Below the pieces are notes generated by a model. It saw only the letters and a list, made by a program, of their open reading frames with translations. It had not been told where the DNA came from and searched no databases. Positions 1 through 11,200 of a DNA stretch of 64,000 bases are shown one piece after another. Numbering within the stretch: position 1 is the first letter of the stretch; the number at the start of each line of letters is the position of its first letter. The stretch lies in NCBI RefSeq assembly GCF_006345805.1, contig NC_043015.1, positions 9,610,001 through 9,674,000 of the forward strand. The letters are read 5' to 3'. Source of the stretch: Octopus sinensis. Its lineage: Eukaryota. The position numbers and the translations under genes were made by a program.

Positions 1-149
1 CACGCTTACACATGTACATACGCGCGCACATGCACACACATACACACGCGCACGCAAACATGTATATGCTGGTATCTACATGTGCATTTTCTGTGTATGT
101 ACACTGAATTTTACTGGCAAGTTTGGAACCCTCGGCATTTGTTACATGT

Positions 150-790
150 TAGTATAGATTATCTAACATCCACTTCTTGGTTTCCATTGAATTTGTTAGA
201 AGCGCTGAATTTTTTTGAAAATTGTAAGGCCTTTCAGTGTGTCTTCATTCATTAAGAGCGTACGGAATGCCTCGATGTATCCAGCAGCATTAATTGGAAG
301 ACATTCTGGGAAGGTGCGTAGTTGTAGAGCATTACTATTGTGACTCATTAGCCCTGAGACCAGAACAGCTGTTGGAAACTTAATGCACCTCAGAAATGTA
401 TGAACATAACAATTTCTAATTACCCTTAAAGATTTCTGATTTTGGTTGATGTTTTTCTAAGAGTAGAACCTAACATGCCTTCTTAGTGATCTTAACATGT
501 AACCACTTGGCAAAGATCAAATGGATTACCAGCGTCTTTACAGAAAAGAACTACAAAAGAAATGAGCTGAGAAGAAAGTCCCCATGCAACACAGCACGGA
601 GAGTCCTTCCTGACACTGAAGTTACTTGGCAATGTATATGATTAATTTCCCGAAATAATCTTCGAACATATTTCAAATCTATTGAATGTCTTGCCATAAT
701 ATTATAGAGTGTGGATAATTAGAGGGACTTTCTTTTTCATGCAGTTGAATATTTCCACCAGAAGCTTTCAGCTCTATCCGGACTTTTTTA
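150..790 (-). mobile_element. Decayed Tc1/mariner-superfamily (maT/DD37D, Bmmar1-like) transposase relic
   Basis: Manual minus-strand translation across stops and frameshifts gives KVRIELKASGGNI, SGRTLRAVLHGD, IKFPTAVLVSGLMSHNSNALQLRTFPECLPINAAGYIEAFRTLL and TKKWMLDNLY*HVT. These are colinear with maT-type motifs (KFPATVMVLGVVS..PHFFPxGLRVNAAAYIEVL, TQxWMxxNxxxHVT). Confidence 0.65.
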
Positions 791-2074
791 AATGAAATTA
801 ATTAAATGAAATTATTTAAATGAAACCTGGATGAATTATAAATGTTATAGTTAAAATATAAACCATCTCCTATACAATGATGAGTTACACATTTTCATTA
901 AAATACAATGGAATGGAAAGAATCTTGCCCATAGATTTAACAATGACATCAGGATGAGCAATTTGTTGTACAAATGTACCAAAATGATCCTGGGAAGAGG
1001 CAATACACTTCACTGTGCGTAGCCTAATAGATCAGAGAATTACACCACATTCACTCATATATATGTCTAGGAATAAACGAAATAGCTAAAACACAACTCA
1101 CAGAAATGAAAGAAAAAACTAGTAGACAATATCACGAAAGAGTGAGACTAATATTAAACACTGAACTTCATACTAAAAATAAGATAATATGAATACACTT
1201 TCCAACCCTAGCGGTCATAAATTACATCTTCAACATAATAAACTACAAAATCGGTGAGTACAGACATTAGATAGGAAAAGCGAGAAATTATTAACATTAT
1301 ACCGAAGTCACCAACCAAAAGCAGACGCAGACTGAATATCTACCCCGTTGAGAATGAGATTCCGACCTAACACAAATAGAGAACTGCTATAAAATATCTA
1401 CATTTGGAATAGAAGAATGCTGAGAAACACAAATTTGACGACTACTCTATATAGTAATGCAACAAAAACGCAAGAAAGCAATGATCTCTATATCAAAATG
1501 CAAAACAGAAACAAACTACTGTGAAGCACTGATCTTAGACGAGAACATTGCAAAAATGGTCTTTTGATGTGGCCATTATATCTTGTACGGCCCTGTTGTA
1601 TTTATCTTTTCACAGAGCTGTTCACATTGTGTGGTTTAAAAAGACGTTTGTGCTTACTCATATTTATCAGCTTTGTTATATTGTCTTCGGTTTTCTCATT
1701 GATTCAGTCAGTTCGTCCGCATCAGAGATTATATTCGCTCTGCCATGTTGAGTGCCATTTTGTTTTCGGTTATATATTTTTATATCAGTTTTGCTTGCCT
1801 ATGTGTGTTGTTGATTTGCAATGTTGTGACAATTATTCCAGGGTGTGTAAAGACTTTGCTTACGTTAATATATTCTATTATTTTTTGTATGCTCTAATAT
1901 ATTCTATGATATATAACGCCTTATGTGTGACTTTTGCTTGATTGAAGCCATTTTTTTGTGTTCTTAGGTACTTTATTTACATAATAGTTATTACTATTCT
2001 TCTTGTTGATGTGGTTTTTGTTATTGTTCTCCAGTTGAATTTCCTTTTTATTTAATGTTCCGGCCGGATCTCAG

Positions 2075-2540
2075 TCAGGTACGTAAGGCACGTGTATATT
2101 GGTTGGAAGAAAAAAATTCGAGTTGATGGGTGCTTGAGATCAGCACAATTTTTTGAACATCGTACATTGGGTGTTTCCCTAGTATCTGATAAAATGTGTT
2201 GGGTGTACTTTTCTGGGCCACTGTTGGGGCACCCTTTACAGCAGGGATGGCTATCGTTTTTGATTGCCACATCTGATATATCTCAATCGACAGTTTTCAA
2301 ATTGCTTTGCTGAGACGTTTCTCCTAGTAGGTACTGTCATGTCAATTCTTAGTTGTTTAATGGCAATGTTTTTTTTATCGTTTAATCGCATTTGTTTATG
2401 TATCCCATAATCCATTTTCTGTCCCAGTGTCTCAGTGTTAACTGTGCTCATACGAGTTCTTAGGGTGCAAGATATCATAGTGACGGCAAATTCTCCGATA
2501 CATATGCCTGGAATTATATTACTCAGAATATGCATTTTCA
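2075..2540 (-). mobile_element. R4/Dong-type non-LTR retrotransposon, decayed C-terminal restriction-like endonuclease region
   Basis: ORF 2075-2272 (MWQSKTIAIPAVKGA...DVQKIVLISSTH) and ORF 2251-2541 (IDMTVPTRRNVSAKQFE) align by eye with the C-terminus at 61691-62158 (MWKLKTKTIPVVIGALG...EVQKIVLMGTAH; IDMTVPIDINVSVRTYQ). Confidence 0.75.
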
Positions 2541-2566
2541 AGACTATTATTCTTATTATTATTATT

Positions 2567-3100
2567 GAGTTAGAGAGACGAGCATGCCATCAAAGGGACA
2601 CCGGGCTAAAATATACGAAGCCCAGTATACCCATCATGACTACCCGTCTAATAAGGGTACAATAGGCACATGCATCACAACTATATATGCGCGACATGGT
2701 GATCTTATATCAAGATAAACGATGCATAACCTCGTAGGAGGGGCAAATAATTTTCTTTACGACAAGTAGCCCATCCTACTCGAATGGTCCTTGAATAAGG
2801 GATGATTTAGGATGTTGAATGAAACACCCACGTTTCCAGGGGTGAAATTTCCAAACTCCAATGAATTCGTCTCAGCACATGAGTATGAGGCTGGCGAACA
2901 GAGATGCACATATCGTCAACCAATAAGGGACATGCTCACCTGGTTAACGTCAAACAACTGACAAGAAAATCTGAGGTATTGGGTAGAATATTTGCTGTAG
3001 ACCATCATTTATACCAATACAAAACATGTACTGGATAAGACTTTCAATCAGTTAACCGGACAAAATTTGAGAGTCCGTGCCTGGTACTGAATCAGAGTAT
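2567..3100 (-). mobile_element. Non-coding ~530-bp interspersed element, copy A
   Basis: Reverse-complement match along its length to 3370-3903 (e.g. aaaatatacgaagccc, gtcaaacaactgaca, gcctggtactg). Flanked by (ATT)n on both sides; no recognisable ORF. Confidence 0.75.
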
Positions 3101-3138
3101 TTATTATAATTATTAATAATATTATTAATATTATTATT

Positions 3139-3176
<38 letters not shown>

Positions 3177-3189
3177 TATTATTATTATT

Positions 3190-3256
3190 CAGGTCACTGC
3201 CTAGAATCAAACTCGGAATCTTGTGGTTAGTAACCCGCGCGCTTAACTAATACCCC
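3190..3256 (-). mobile_element. tRNA-like mini-SINE with (AAT)n tail
   Basis: The minus strand reads GGGGTATTAGTTAAGCGCGCGGGTTACTAACCACAAGATTCCGAGTTTGATTCTAGGCAGTGACCTG-(AAT)n, with degenerate A- and B-box-like segments. It sits where the microsatellite polarity flips from (ATT)n to (AAT)n. Confidence 0.45.
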
Positions 3257-3258
3257 AA

Positions 3259-3323
<65 letters not shown>

Positions 3324-3369
3324 TAATAATAATAATAATAATAATGATGATGATGATGATGATGATAAT

Positions 3370-3903
3370 GATGCAGTACCAGCTAGCGGCTCTCGTGGCT
3401 TCTGACCATAACTGATTGGAAGTGTTATCATGTACATTGTTTTGTCTTGGTATAAAAGATGGGCTACAGCTTAATACCACAGATTTGCCTGTCAGTTGTT
3501 TGACCTTAACCTGTTGAGCATGTCCATTAGTGGCTGACGACATCAACATCTCTGATCACGAGCAGACGTAGTGGGGTAGCATCATACCCGTGTGTTGTGA
3601 GGGTTTCTTTGGCGTTGGAATAATTCACCTCTGGAAACATGGGTGTTTCCTTCAACATCCTTAACCGTTAATCAGGGACATTTTGAGAGGGATGGGTTAC
3701 ACAACCAGAAGAAAATTCTAACTGGGCCCCACTCGCAAGGTTATGTGCTGTTTATCGTGGTATGAGATCACCATGTACCGCATATATGGTTGTAATGCAT
3801 GTGCCTGGTGTACATTATCAGTCGGGTAGTCATGATATGTATACAGGGCTTCGTATATTTTACCCCAGTGTCACTTTGATGGTATGAACTTCTCTCTCAC
3901 TCA
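3370..3903 (+). mobile_element. Non-coding ~530-bp interspersed element, copy B
   Basis: Inverted homologue of 2567-3100 and direct homologue of 56680-57067. Preceded by (AAT)n(GAT)n and ends ...ctctcactc followed by an (AAT)-rich tail. Confidence 0.75.
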
Positions 3904-4007
3904 ATATTAATAATAATAATGATTATAATGATAATAATGATAATAATAACAACAACAACATCGAAAAATACCTTAGAATTGAGAACCCAGGTTCGAAATT
4001 TCCCCAA

Positions 4008-4053
4008 GACACCTGATGAAGGCTGGAGTGTATATCAGCCGAAACGTTGTGTT
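4008..4053 (+). ncRNA. Minimal type I hammerhead ribozyme in a PLE-type terminal repeat fragment (~3960-4138)
   Basis: Stem I GACAC/GUGUU; core CUGAUGA at 4013-4019 plus one extra A; stem II GGCUG/CAGCC; GAAA at 4041-4044; palindromic ACGU stem III; GUU cleavage triplet. Confidence 0.8.
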
Positions 4054-4138
4054 AACAACAAAGAAGATGAGGACAAATATCCGTCAATTATAAATAATGT
4101 AAATAACGTGCATAATTCCTCTTGTCTTAAATATAGAG

Positions 4139-4193
4139 CATTATTATTATTAGTATTAGCAGTATTAGTGTTAGTAGTAGCAGCAGCAACAAC

Positions 4194-4268
<75 letters not shown>

Positions 4269-4278
4269 TGTAGTAGTA
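4139..4278. repeat. (ATT)/(AGT)n trinucleotide microsatellite
   Basis: Direct reading. It explains the poly-Val ORF 3919-4407. Confidence 0.95.
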
Positions 4279-4900
4279 ATCGTTCACACCGTAGCTGTTA
4301 TATTGATTTCAAAGGAAGAAAAAAATGGTGTCATCAATATAAGTAATATCGTGAAATATATATTAAGATTAATTGACAAGACCAACAAACAGCAGAGTAA
4401 TGATTGAGATAATATCAATGGATATACGGACCAGGAAATAAACGTGTGAATAATATATAAGCGAAGCAAAATTGGAAATATTAATTTTGTCCTTCAATTA
4501 GATAACATAATTAACAATAAAACAATTATAATATTAACAACCCGTTCAGTTTTATGGCCGCTACTTAAATGACGATTGATTATTCATAGAACCGTGTTAC
4601 AATAAATGAAGTAATTGTTCATCAAATAAATATTTTCCTAGCGAGTTCTTAGCTGAAGCCATAAATGCACTGATTGTTTCAGAAGCTCTATTATCACCTG
4701 GATAGATTTCCATTAATAATGTTGTCTCTTAATGTTATCGTATGTCTTTAAGCCACATTTCGCACGAGTCATAGAAAAATTACGCTCGACAGATATAATT
4801 TTTGGAAGTTGTTTACCTTCATTGAGCTGTAAATAAAATTCATGCAAAAAAGCTCCAGCCTTCACACGGGGTCCCTGCAAATAAGAAACACAAAACTATA

Positions 4901-5281
4901 TCTTTTATCTTTACCTTCAGTCATATGACTGCGGCCATGCTGGAGCACCGCCTTTAATCAAGCAACTCGACCCCGGGACTTATTCTTTTGTAAGCCAAGT
5001 ACTTATTCTATCGGTTCTTTTGCCGAAAGCTAAGTATCGGTTGTCAAGCAATGCTAGGGGGACAAACACAGACACACAAACACACACACGCATACACATA
5101 TATACATATACATATATACGACAGGCTTCTTTCAGTTTCCGTCTACCAAATCAACTCACAAGGCTTTGGTCGGCCCCCGGCTATAGTCGAAGACACTTGC
5201 CCAAGGTACCACGCGGTGGGACTGAACCCGGAACCATCTGGTTGATAAACAAGATATTTACCACACAGCCACTCCTGCGCC
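4901..5281 (-). mobile_element. tRNA-derived SINE, family 1
   Basis: Minus-strand head GGCGCAGGAGTGGCTGTGTGGTAA with B-box-like GGTTCAGTCC, then a CORE-like CCTTGGGCAAGTGTCTT, an internal (TA/CA) tract and a tail. Homologous pieces lie at 25931-26070 and 35581-35930. Confidence 0.8.
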
Positions 5282-5299
5282 TGTTTCTACTATAGACGA

Positions 5300-5880
5300 A
5301 AGTTATGGAATTTTGGATTTAGGGACTAGTCCATACGATTTTGGTTGCAGGGACTCCTATTCGACTTTTATTTTTATTGACCCACAAAATCTGAATGGCA
5401 ATGTCAGCATCGGATCAAATTTGAACTCAATACATAATGACGCATGGAAAGCTACAAATAATTTTGTCCGGAGTGGTGACCATTCTGCTAGCTCACCACC
5501 TTAATGATAATGGGTTCAAATTGTTGGCACAATGCCAACAATGCGGGAGAGAAGTACTCAACATGTACCTATTTTCTCGTCCCTGAAATGATGAAAGGCA
5601 AAGTCAATCTACGCAGAATTTGAAATCAGTATGAAAAGAAAAAACGACGAATTTACGTTAAGGATATCACCCGACGTGTTAATGATTCAGCCAGCTAGCC
5701 GTCATAATAATCTTTTCTACTAAAAGCACAAGACCTGAAAGTTGGTGTTGGGGACAAGTCGATTACATTGACCTTAGTGCTCTAATGGCACTTATTTTAT
5801 CAACTACGAAAGGAGGAAAAGCAGTGTATATCCCGGTGGAATTTCAACGTGTAATCAGACAAAATGGCGTAAAACATATG
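5300..5880 (-). mobile_element. Cluster of three decayed family-3 tRNA-derived SINEs
   Basis: Repeated reverse-complement matches to the family-3 core (gaaaggcaaagtcaa, aatttgaactca, cttattttatc, gtcgattacattgac) seen intact at 31623-32003. Confidence 0.6.
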
Positions 5881-6170
5881 TATACATACACACACATGCG
5901 TACATACATACATACACAGACACATACATACATGAGTACATGCATGCAGGCATGGACACACACACACTGACACACCCATACACACAAAGAAACAAAAAAG
6001 GAAAACAGCGTAAATAACGGACAGAGTCGAGACTACTGAAAAGGTTGCAAGACCTAACAAAAATTTTAGGAAAATAAAAATAATAAATGAGTGAAAATTT
6101 TACTGGTAAGTGTGTTACATTATAAGACACAAAAAGAAAATGACTCTCCCCAGACACAAAAGCATATATC

Positions 6171-6230
<60 letters not shown>

Positions 6231-6270
6231 CCTATCTATCTATCTATATATATATATATATATATATATA

Positions 6271-6623
6271 TTTTAAATTTATAAGTATATGAAAGAATGG
6301 ATTTGAACGACTAGTTAACAAATATCCTTTATTCTCGACATATGTTTCGAAGGCTGCATATTCCTAATTCCGAAGGAATAAGGAGTACATTATGCAGATA
6401 TCTCATCACGAAATGGGCTCCTTGAGAGCTGTCAGCTAAAAGGTTTTTGTGCATTTTGATGTCGACATAAGTTCCTTGATTTTCCTGATGAGAAATCTGC
6501 ATAATGTACTCCTTATTCCTTCGGAATTAGGAATATGCAGCCTTCGAAACATATGTCGAGAATAACGGATATTTGTTAACTAGTCGTTCAAATCCATTCT
6601 TTCATATACTTATAATTTTAAAA
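6271..6623. mobile_element. Head-to-head inverted pair of hammerhead-bearing PLE terminal repeats (~145-bp arms, ~65-bp spacer)
   Basis: 6271-6414 is the near-exact reverse complement of 6479-6623. The left arm abuts (CTAT)n(TA)n. Confidence 0.85.
6479..6563 (+). ncRNA. Type I hammerhead ribozyme with long stem II
   Basis: Stem I AUUUUC/GAGAAU; CUGAUGA at 6485-6491; stem II GAA..CUGCAU/AUGCAG..UUC; GAAA at 6546-6549; palindromic ACAUAUGU stem III; GUC cleavage triplet ending at 6557. Confidence 0.85.
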
Positions 6624-6998
6624 TAAACATACAAATTTCCGCACGAAGACACGTAGTCTATGCCCTAGGGACGTAGCTTCAACTGTGTTCTTTCTGATGT
6701 GAATTTGCTACCCAGGTATCGGTTATCTTTCGAATTATCCTTAATAAGATAATTCATTCAATTACTCATATATATACATATATATATATATATGCAATAT
6801 TTTATAATTACGAGTATAATTATAATTGGGGTTCAGCAAAGATTTGCTTTACCACATACCGAAGTTTAGAAATAGCAGCCAAAGAACCTTAGCTACTTCT
6901 TCTACTATAAGGAGAGACTCCCGGATAAAAACAAAATACTTGAAACAACCCACGCCGACTGGGAGGAAAAATAAGAAAAGTCACTCTGTATTTGATTA

Positions 6999-7081
6999 CC
7001 CATGGACGCGTTTCGGAATTAGATCGGTATAGAAAATGCAAAATTCATACTTTACCCAAACATTTTCCTCCTCAGCATGGG
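6999..7081 (-). ncRNA. Type I hammerhead ribozyme
   Basis: Minus strand: stem I CCCAUG/CAUGGG (6 bp, perfect); core CUGAGGA; stem II GGAA/UUCC; GAAA; palindromic ACGCGU stem III; GUC triplet. Confidence 0.85.
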
Positions 7082-7342
7082 ATTTCACGATATCAAGTCC
7101 GAAAGACCTGGAAAAATTGATCATACCTCTTCAATTCACAACGGTATCAGATAGATCATATTCAACGTCCAGTACCTGCGAATTCAAAATATACGAATGA
7201 GGTTCATCACATTCTCCCCGCTCATATCAACGCGTGTCGTCAAGTAAAAATCTGTAGTTTATTATGAGGGAGAAATTTATATTATGAATAATAATAAAGG
7301 GTTAAATTAATTGATTTATATATGTATATGTATATGTCTGTG

Positions 7343-7403
<61 letters not shown>

Positions 7404-7570
7404 TATATATATATTATATATATATATATACATATACATATACATATATTTTAATTATATATATATATACATATACATATAATTTAATTATATATATATA
7501 TATATATACATATATATACACATATATTATAGTATACTATTCATTCAGATTAATTTTTTTTATTATTAAT

Positions 7571-8100
7571 CTGTTCGTCTAGGCCGCTGACAGTTTTTAT
7601 TCGTATCACGGTGAATTATTTATGTTTCGCTAAAGTGTCTACGTTTTAACTGGTACTGAGATAGTAACTTCTATCTCTTTCATCATAGCGGCATATTTAA
7701 ATTTATCCGGTATGGAGAGGCATTTTTTAACCTATTAGATGTTTAGTTTTCTTTCACTCGTCTTCTGAAAAAATTTCGTACCTTAAAATTCGAATGGCTG
7801 TGGACGAATAAGGTAATATCTATTTTTTTAAAATTAATAATGGTTCTTCGTAAATATGGAGCGATAATGCTGCGGATGTTGAAACCTGACAATTTTAGAT
7901 TACATTAATTTTTTGCTTAAATTGATTTATTTAAATTTGAAAGTTAAACCAGAAACTATAGTAAACTATTAATTTTACAGTAATCTTAAAAAAATTATTC
8001 TGTTCGTCTCGCCTGCTGACTGCTTTTCTTCGTATCAAGGTCAACTATAAAAGTTTCATTAAAGCATCTATGTTCAAAATGGACGGAAATAGTAGTTTAT
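7571..8100. repeat. Two diverged ~100-bp direct repeats (7571-7670 and 8001-8100) of an unclassified element
   Basis: ctgttcgtct.g.c.gctgac.g.ttt..ttcgtatca.ggt occurs at both positions, followed by continued similarity. Confidence 0.55.
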
Positions 8101-8103
8101 ATA

Positions 8104-8147
<44 letters not shown>

Positions 8148-8603
8148 TTGTATATATGTGTGTGTGTGTGTGCGTGTAGCGTATTGTTGCTAAAATACAT
8201 AACTAACTCATTTTACAAACTGCTTTTCTATATTCTGTGACAAATGAAAATGTCTACTTTTATCGAATATATTCAAACGTGATACACGGATAGTATAACG
8301 TGTATGCTGCAAGTGCTATTCACTGAGATATTTAATATCGGAAGGACATATCAATATGGTTACATTCAAACAAACAAAGAAAATGAAAAGAAACATGAAA
8401 GGAAATATGAAAACAATAACCGTCACGTTCTATACTCACATAACATGCAGCCATGTTCTTCTCATCACACTGCACGTGACTCTTTTACAACTTGCAGAAA
8501 AATTAAACGTTGACATTAATGGAAATCAAACAAGAACACTCTAGCGATTATTGAGGGTAACTCTTAATAACCGGTAGTAATTTGCCGTCGATATTAATGG
8601 ATC

Positions 8604-8830
8604 ATTTTTTTTTTATAAAACGAAAATACTCGAAAAAGAACCATGCACGCGGCCTAACAGGCCAAATATAAAAGCCTTTGCGGAGCAATAAACGGTTAAC
8701 ATCAAAATCTACCCATAAAATACTTAAACATCCTTAAAACAAAAGGACAACCCGAACAGAAGATAAACAACTATTCAAAAATAATTATTACATTACATAA
8801 CACATGGTCTAAAATATGTATTATAAACAA
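8604..8830 (-). mobile_element. Possible 3' end of a poly(A)-tailed LINE
   Basis: On the minus strand a GC-richer segment ends in ...TTTTCGTTTTAT followed by an A-run. No protein motif was found, so the assignment is tentative. Confidence 0.25.
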
Positions 8831-9357
8831 ATAAACCATGTAGATTGCAATGTTGGTAAACGTTCAGTCAATAATACGAAGATCAAGATCCCATGATTTT
8901 TTTCATATCCAGCCATTGAAATATCCATGTAAAGTAATTATGATCGAGCAACTCGTAACATATTTATAAATAAATGAAATATGATAAAAGATCAAACAAT
9001 GTTGACATAGAAGAGAATTAAAAACACAGAAATACTCTAACAGTGACATAGTTCAAAAGAGAATGTACGTTTTCCATGGACATCGACTAGAGGGAAAAAA
9101 GACAACCTTCCTTCACTATATATATTATATGAACATACACAGGAGCCATATTTGGAAAGCAACAGCCTGACAGATTTAACCTGTTATATTAACTGTCGTA
9201 ATGCTAGCAGATGCTGTGTTTATTCTGAATGATTATATGTCCACGGTCAGGCACAATAAACCAAGTGGAAAAATATAATTTGTAGAATTGGTAGAAAATT
9301 AAAATGAAGGAGTCCCTGTACCAAAATTTAAAACCTTCATCATCATCATCGTTGTCG

Positions 9358-9407
<50 letters not shown>

Positions 9408-9589
9408 GTCATCATCATCATAATCTTCATTGTTTTCTCTTTTTTTGGAGAACCTGGAGGCTTGCATGCGTAGCGGACTTACTATCTGCATACTACCGTA
9501 CAAAGCTATTCGTTCCTTTCAGCTATCTAATACTTTACTGATAATTCTGGTTTTGCCAAGGAAGCATACGTTTTAAACTGTTCTACTTT

Positions 9590-9990
9590 GCACATTAAAC
9601 TAATTACCTTTTTATTCCTCTTGATCCCTTCTGTTAGTGTTCCAAACGAACAAAACAATAACTGGCACTATCTTCACCGTCTTCGTTTTCCAAAGCCGGA
9701 CTACTTTATACTAAAGAGGGTTGTATCTATCTATCCTTTCGCCGTTTTTCTTGACTGTTCCTGGGTCAAAGGGTCATGAAACGTCAACTATATAGCATAT
9801 GTGGTGCACCTTATCCAGCACCACTAGGTTCTCTCTGTTATGTTCTAGCATTGATCTGTTTGGATTGGGAAATCCCAGAAGATTTTGCTAGTCTCCGGCT
9901 GTGACACATCTGCACTTTATCCTCATACCACATCTTGTCTCTCTCTAGCCTCTACGTTTCGCACAACCTTCGTATATCCCACTTTAAATC
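9590..9990 (-). mobile_element. R4/Dong-type endonuclease-region relic
   Basis: Manual translation across frameshifts gives KIFWDFPIQTD, LVVLDKVHHICYIVDVS*PFD and VVRLWKTKTVKIVPVIV, matching the ILWD..IQTD...PDIV...IDV..P...LW..K...PIIVG pattern of the other copies. Confidence 0.7.
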
Positions 9991-10019
9991 ATCTTAGTTA
10001 TTTATTTTTTCTTCTTCTT

Positions 10020-10500
10020 TCATATTGAACATGTTATTCACCACAGCAATGTCCGCTTTACTGTGCCTGGTCAGGTGTTCGCGCTGGATATTTAAATCGA
10101 ACCGGACATTGCAGTTCTCAATAGACGTAACTCCTCCTCGGTTTTGTTCATACCACGTCTATGCTCTTTGTAAGCCGTGATTTCCTCTGAGCTCCCAATG
10201 GATCATTTTTGCCATGCTGTCATGGCGTCATTTGTATTCAGGTTGTGCCAATTTCGGGCATTGGCTAACCATTCCACTTTTGTCAATTCTGCACTTCATA
10301 TAATTTTTTCCTTAACGCTTGTTTCTGAGCTGCACATATGAGTGCTTCTGTTCCTATCTTCAGGCCACTCCTTCTCATCCACAGCCACCAGTACTCTGTA
10401 TCTGTTTTGGCGTACACGTTTCTTGCAAACTTCCATGCTTTTTTGTTTCTTTTCTTTGTTCAATTCTTGTTTAAATGTTTCTTCGTGTGTTTCAATTTTT
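10020..10500 (-). mobile_element. R4/Dong-type relic, region around the zinc knuckle (knuckle partly deleted)
   Basis: Translation EALICAAQKQALR.NYMKCRIDK...CPKLAQPEYK*RHDSMAKMIHWEL...WYE...DLNIQREH...KADIAVVN parallels 55840-56220. Confidence 0.75.
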
Positions 10501-10899
10501 ATCAATCACCCATTGCATTTCGCAAGCATTTTCGTCACTCCAAAAGAACCCTAATATCAGTGAATAATTTGAACAAAACTCAAAAGAGAGTCAGAAGTCA
10601 GGTGAAAGTAATACCGTCGAAAATATCCAAGAAAATCAATCAGGTTGGAAAACATGTCTGTTTTAAATGTAACTTAGTTCAAAATCTACAGGTCTTATTT
10701 CTGTGCTTTGACTAAGTTCCTCACCAAGAACAAAGACATTTGACTAAAATAAATCAGTAAAGCATCATTTCATCTTGACCACCGTCATAAGCACAGGAAA
10801 TGCTAACGAGGAGTTAGAAAACCCCATATCTATAGAAAATGATTATCAAATCTGACATAATTTGATTTAAATAAACCCAAACTGCTACTTAGATGAATT

Positions 10900-11200
10900 T
10901 CCGAAGACACATTTACAAGCAATTTCTTCCATCTTGTAGGACAGCCCTATAATGAATTTCAATAAGATCTGGAATAATCTGACAAACTTCAAGCGAGAAG
11001 GTCTCCTTCATGTACATAACTATGATTCTAATGTCATGAAAATGTCAGATAAGGAGGAATGCTATTATAATTATAGATAGGGATGAGAATATTTCAAATT
11101 GTGATATAGTTTTACGTAACAATCTTATGAAGTATTACTTGTCAATTATAAACTCAATTACGGATACGAACTTGACAATATAATTTTGGAAGAGGAGGGA
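10900..11200 (+). mobile_element. Possible decayed PLE ORF fragment
   Basis: NVMKMSDK.....IIIIDRDENISNC (across a frameshift) resembles the PLE 'ADKG..VVIMD...Y' motif. Only one motif was seen. Confidence 0.3.

Noticed and set aside
3370-3420. HDV-like ribozyme at the 5' end of the non-coding element (GGC-UCUCGUG-GCU)
   Set aside because: P1 needs a bulge, no GG follows it, and J4/2 and P2 cannot be assigned.
5200-5281. tRNA-like sequences here and at 18410-18480, 3190-3256 and 36430-36590
   Set aside because: They are SINE heads with no complete cloverleaf, continuing into SINE bodies or tails, so they are not tRNA genes.
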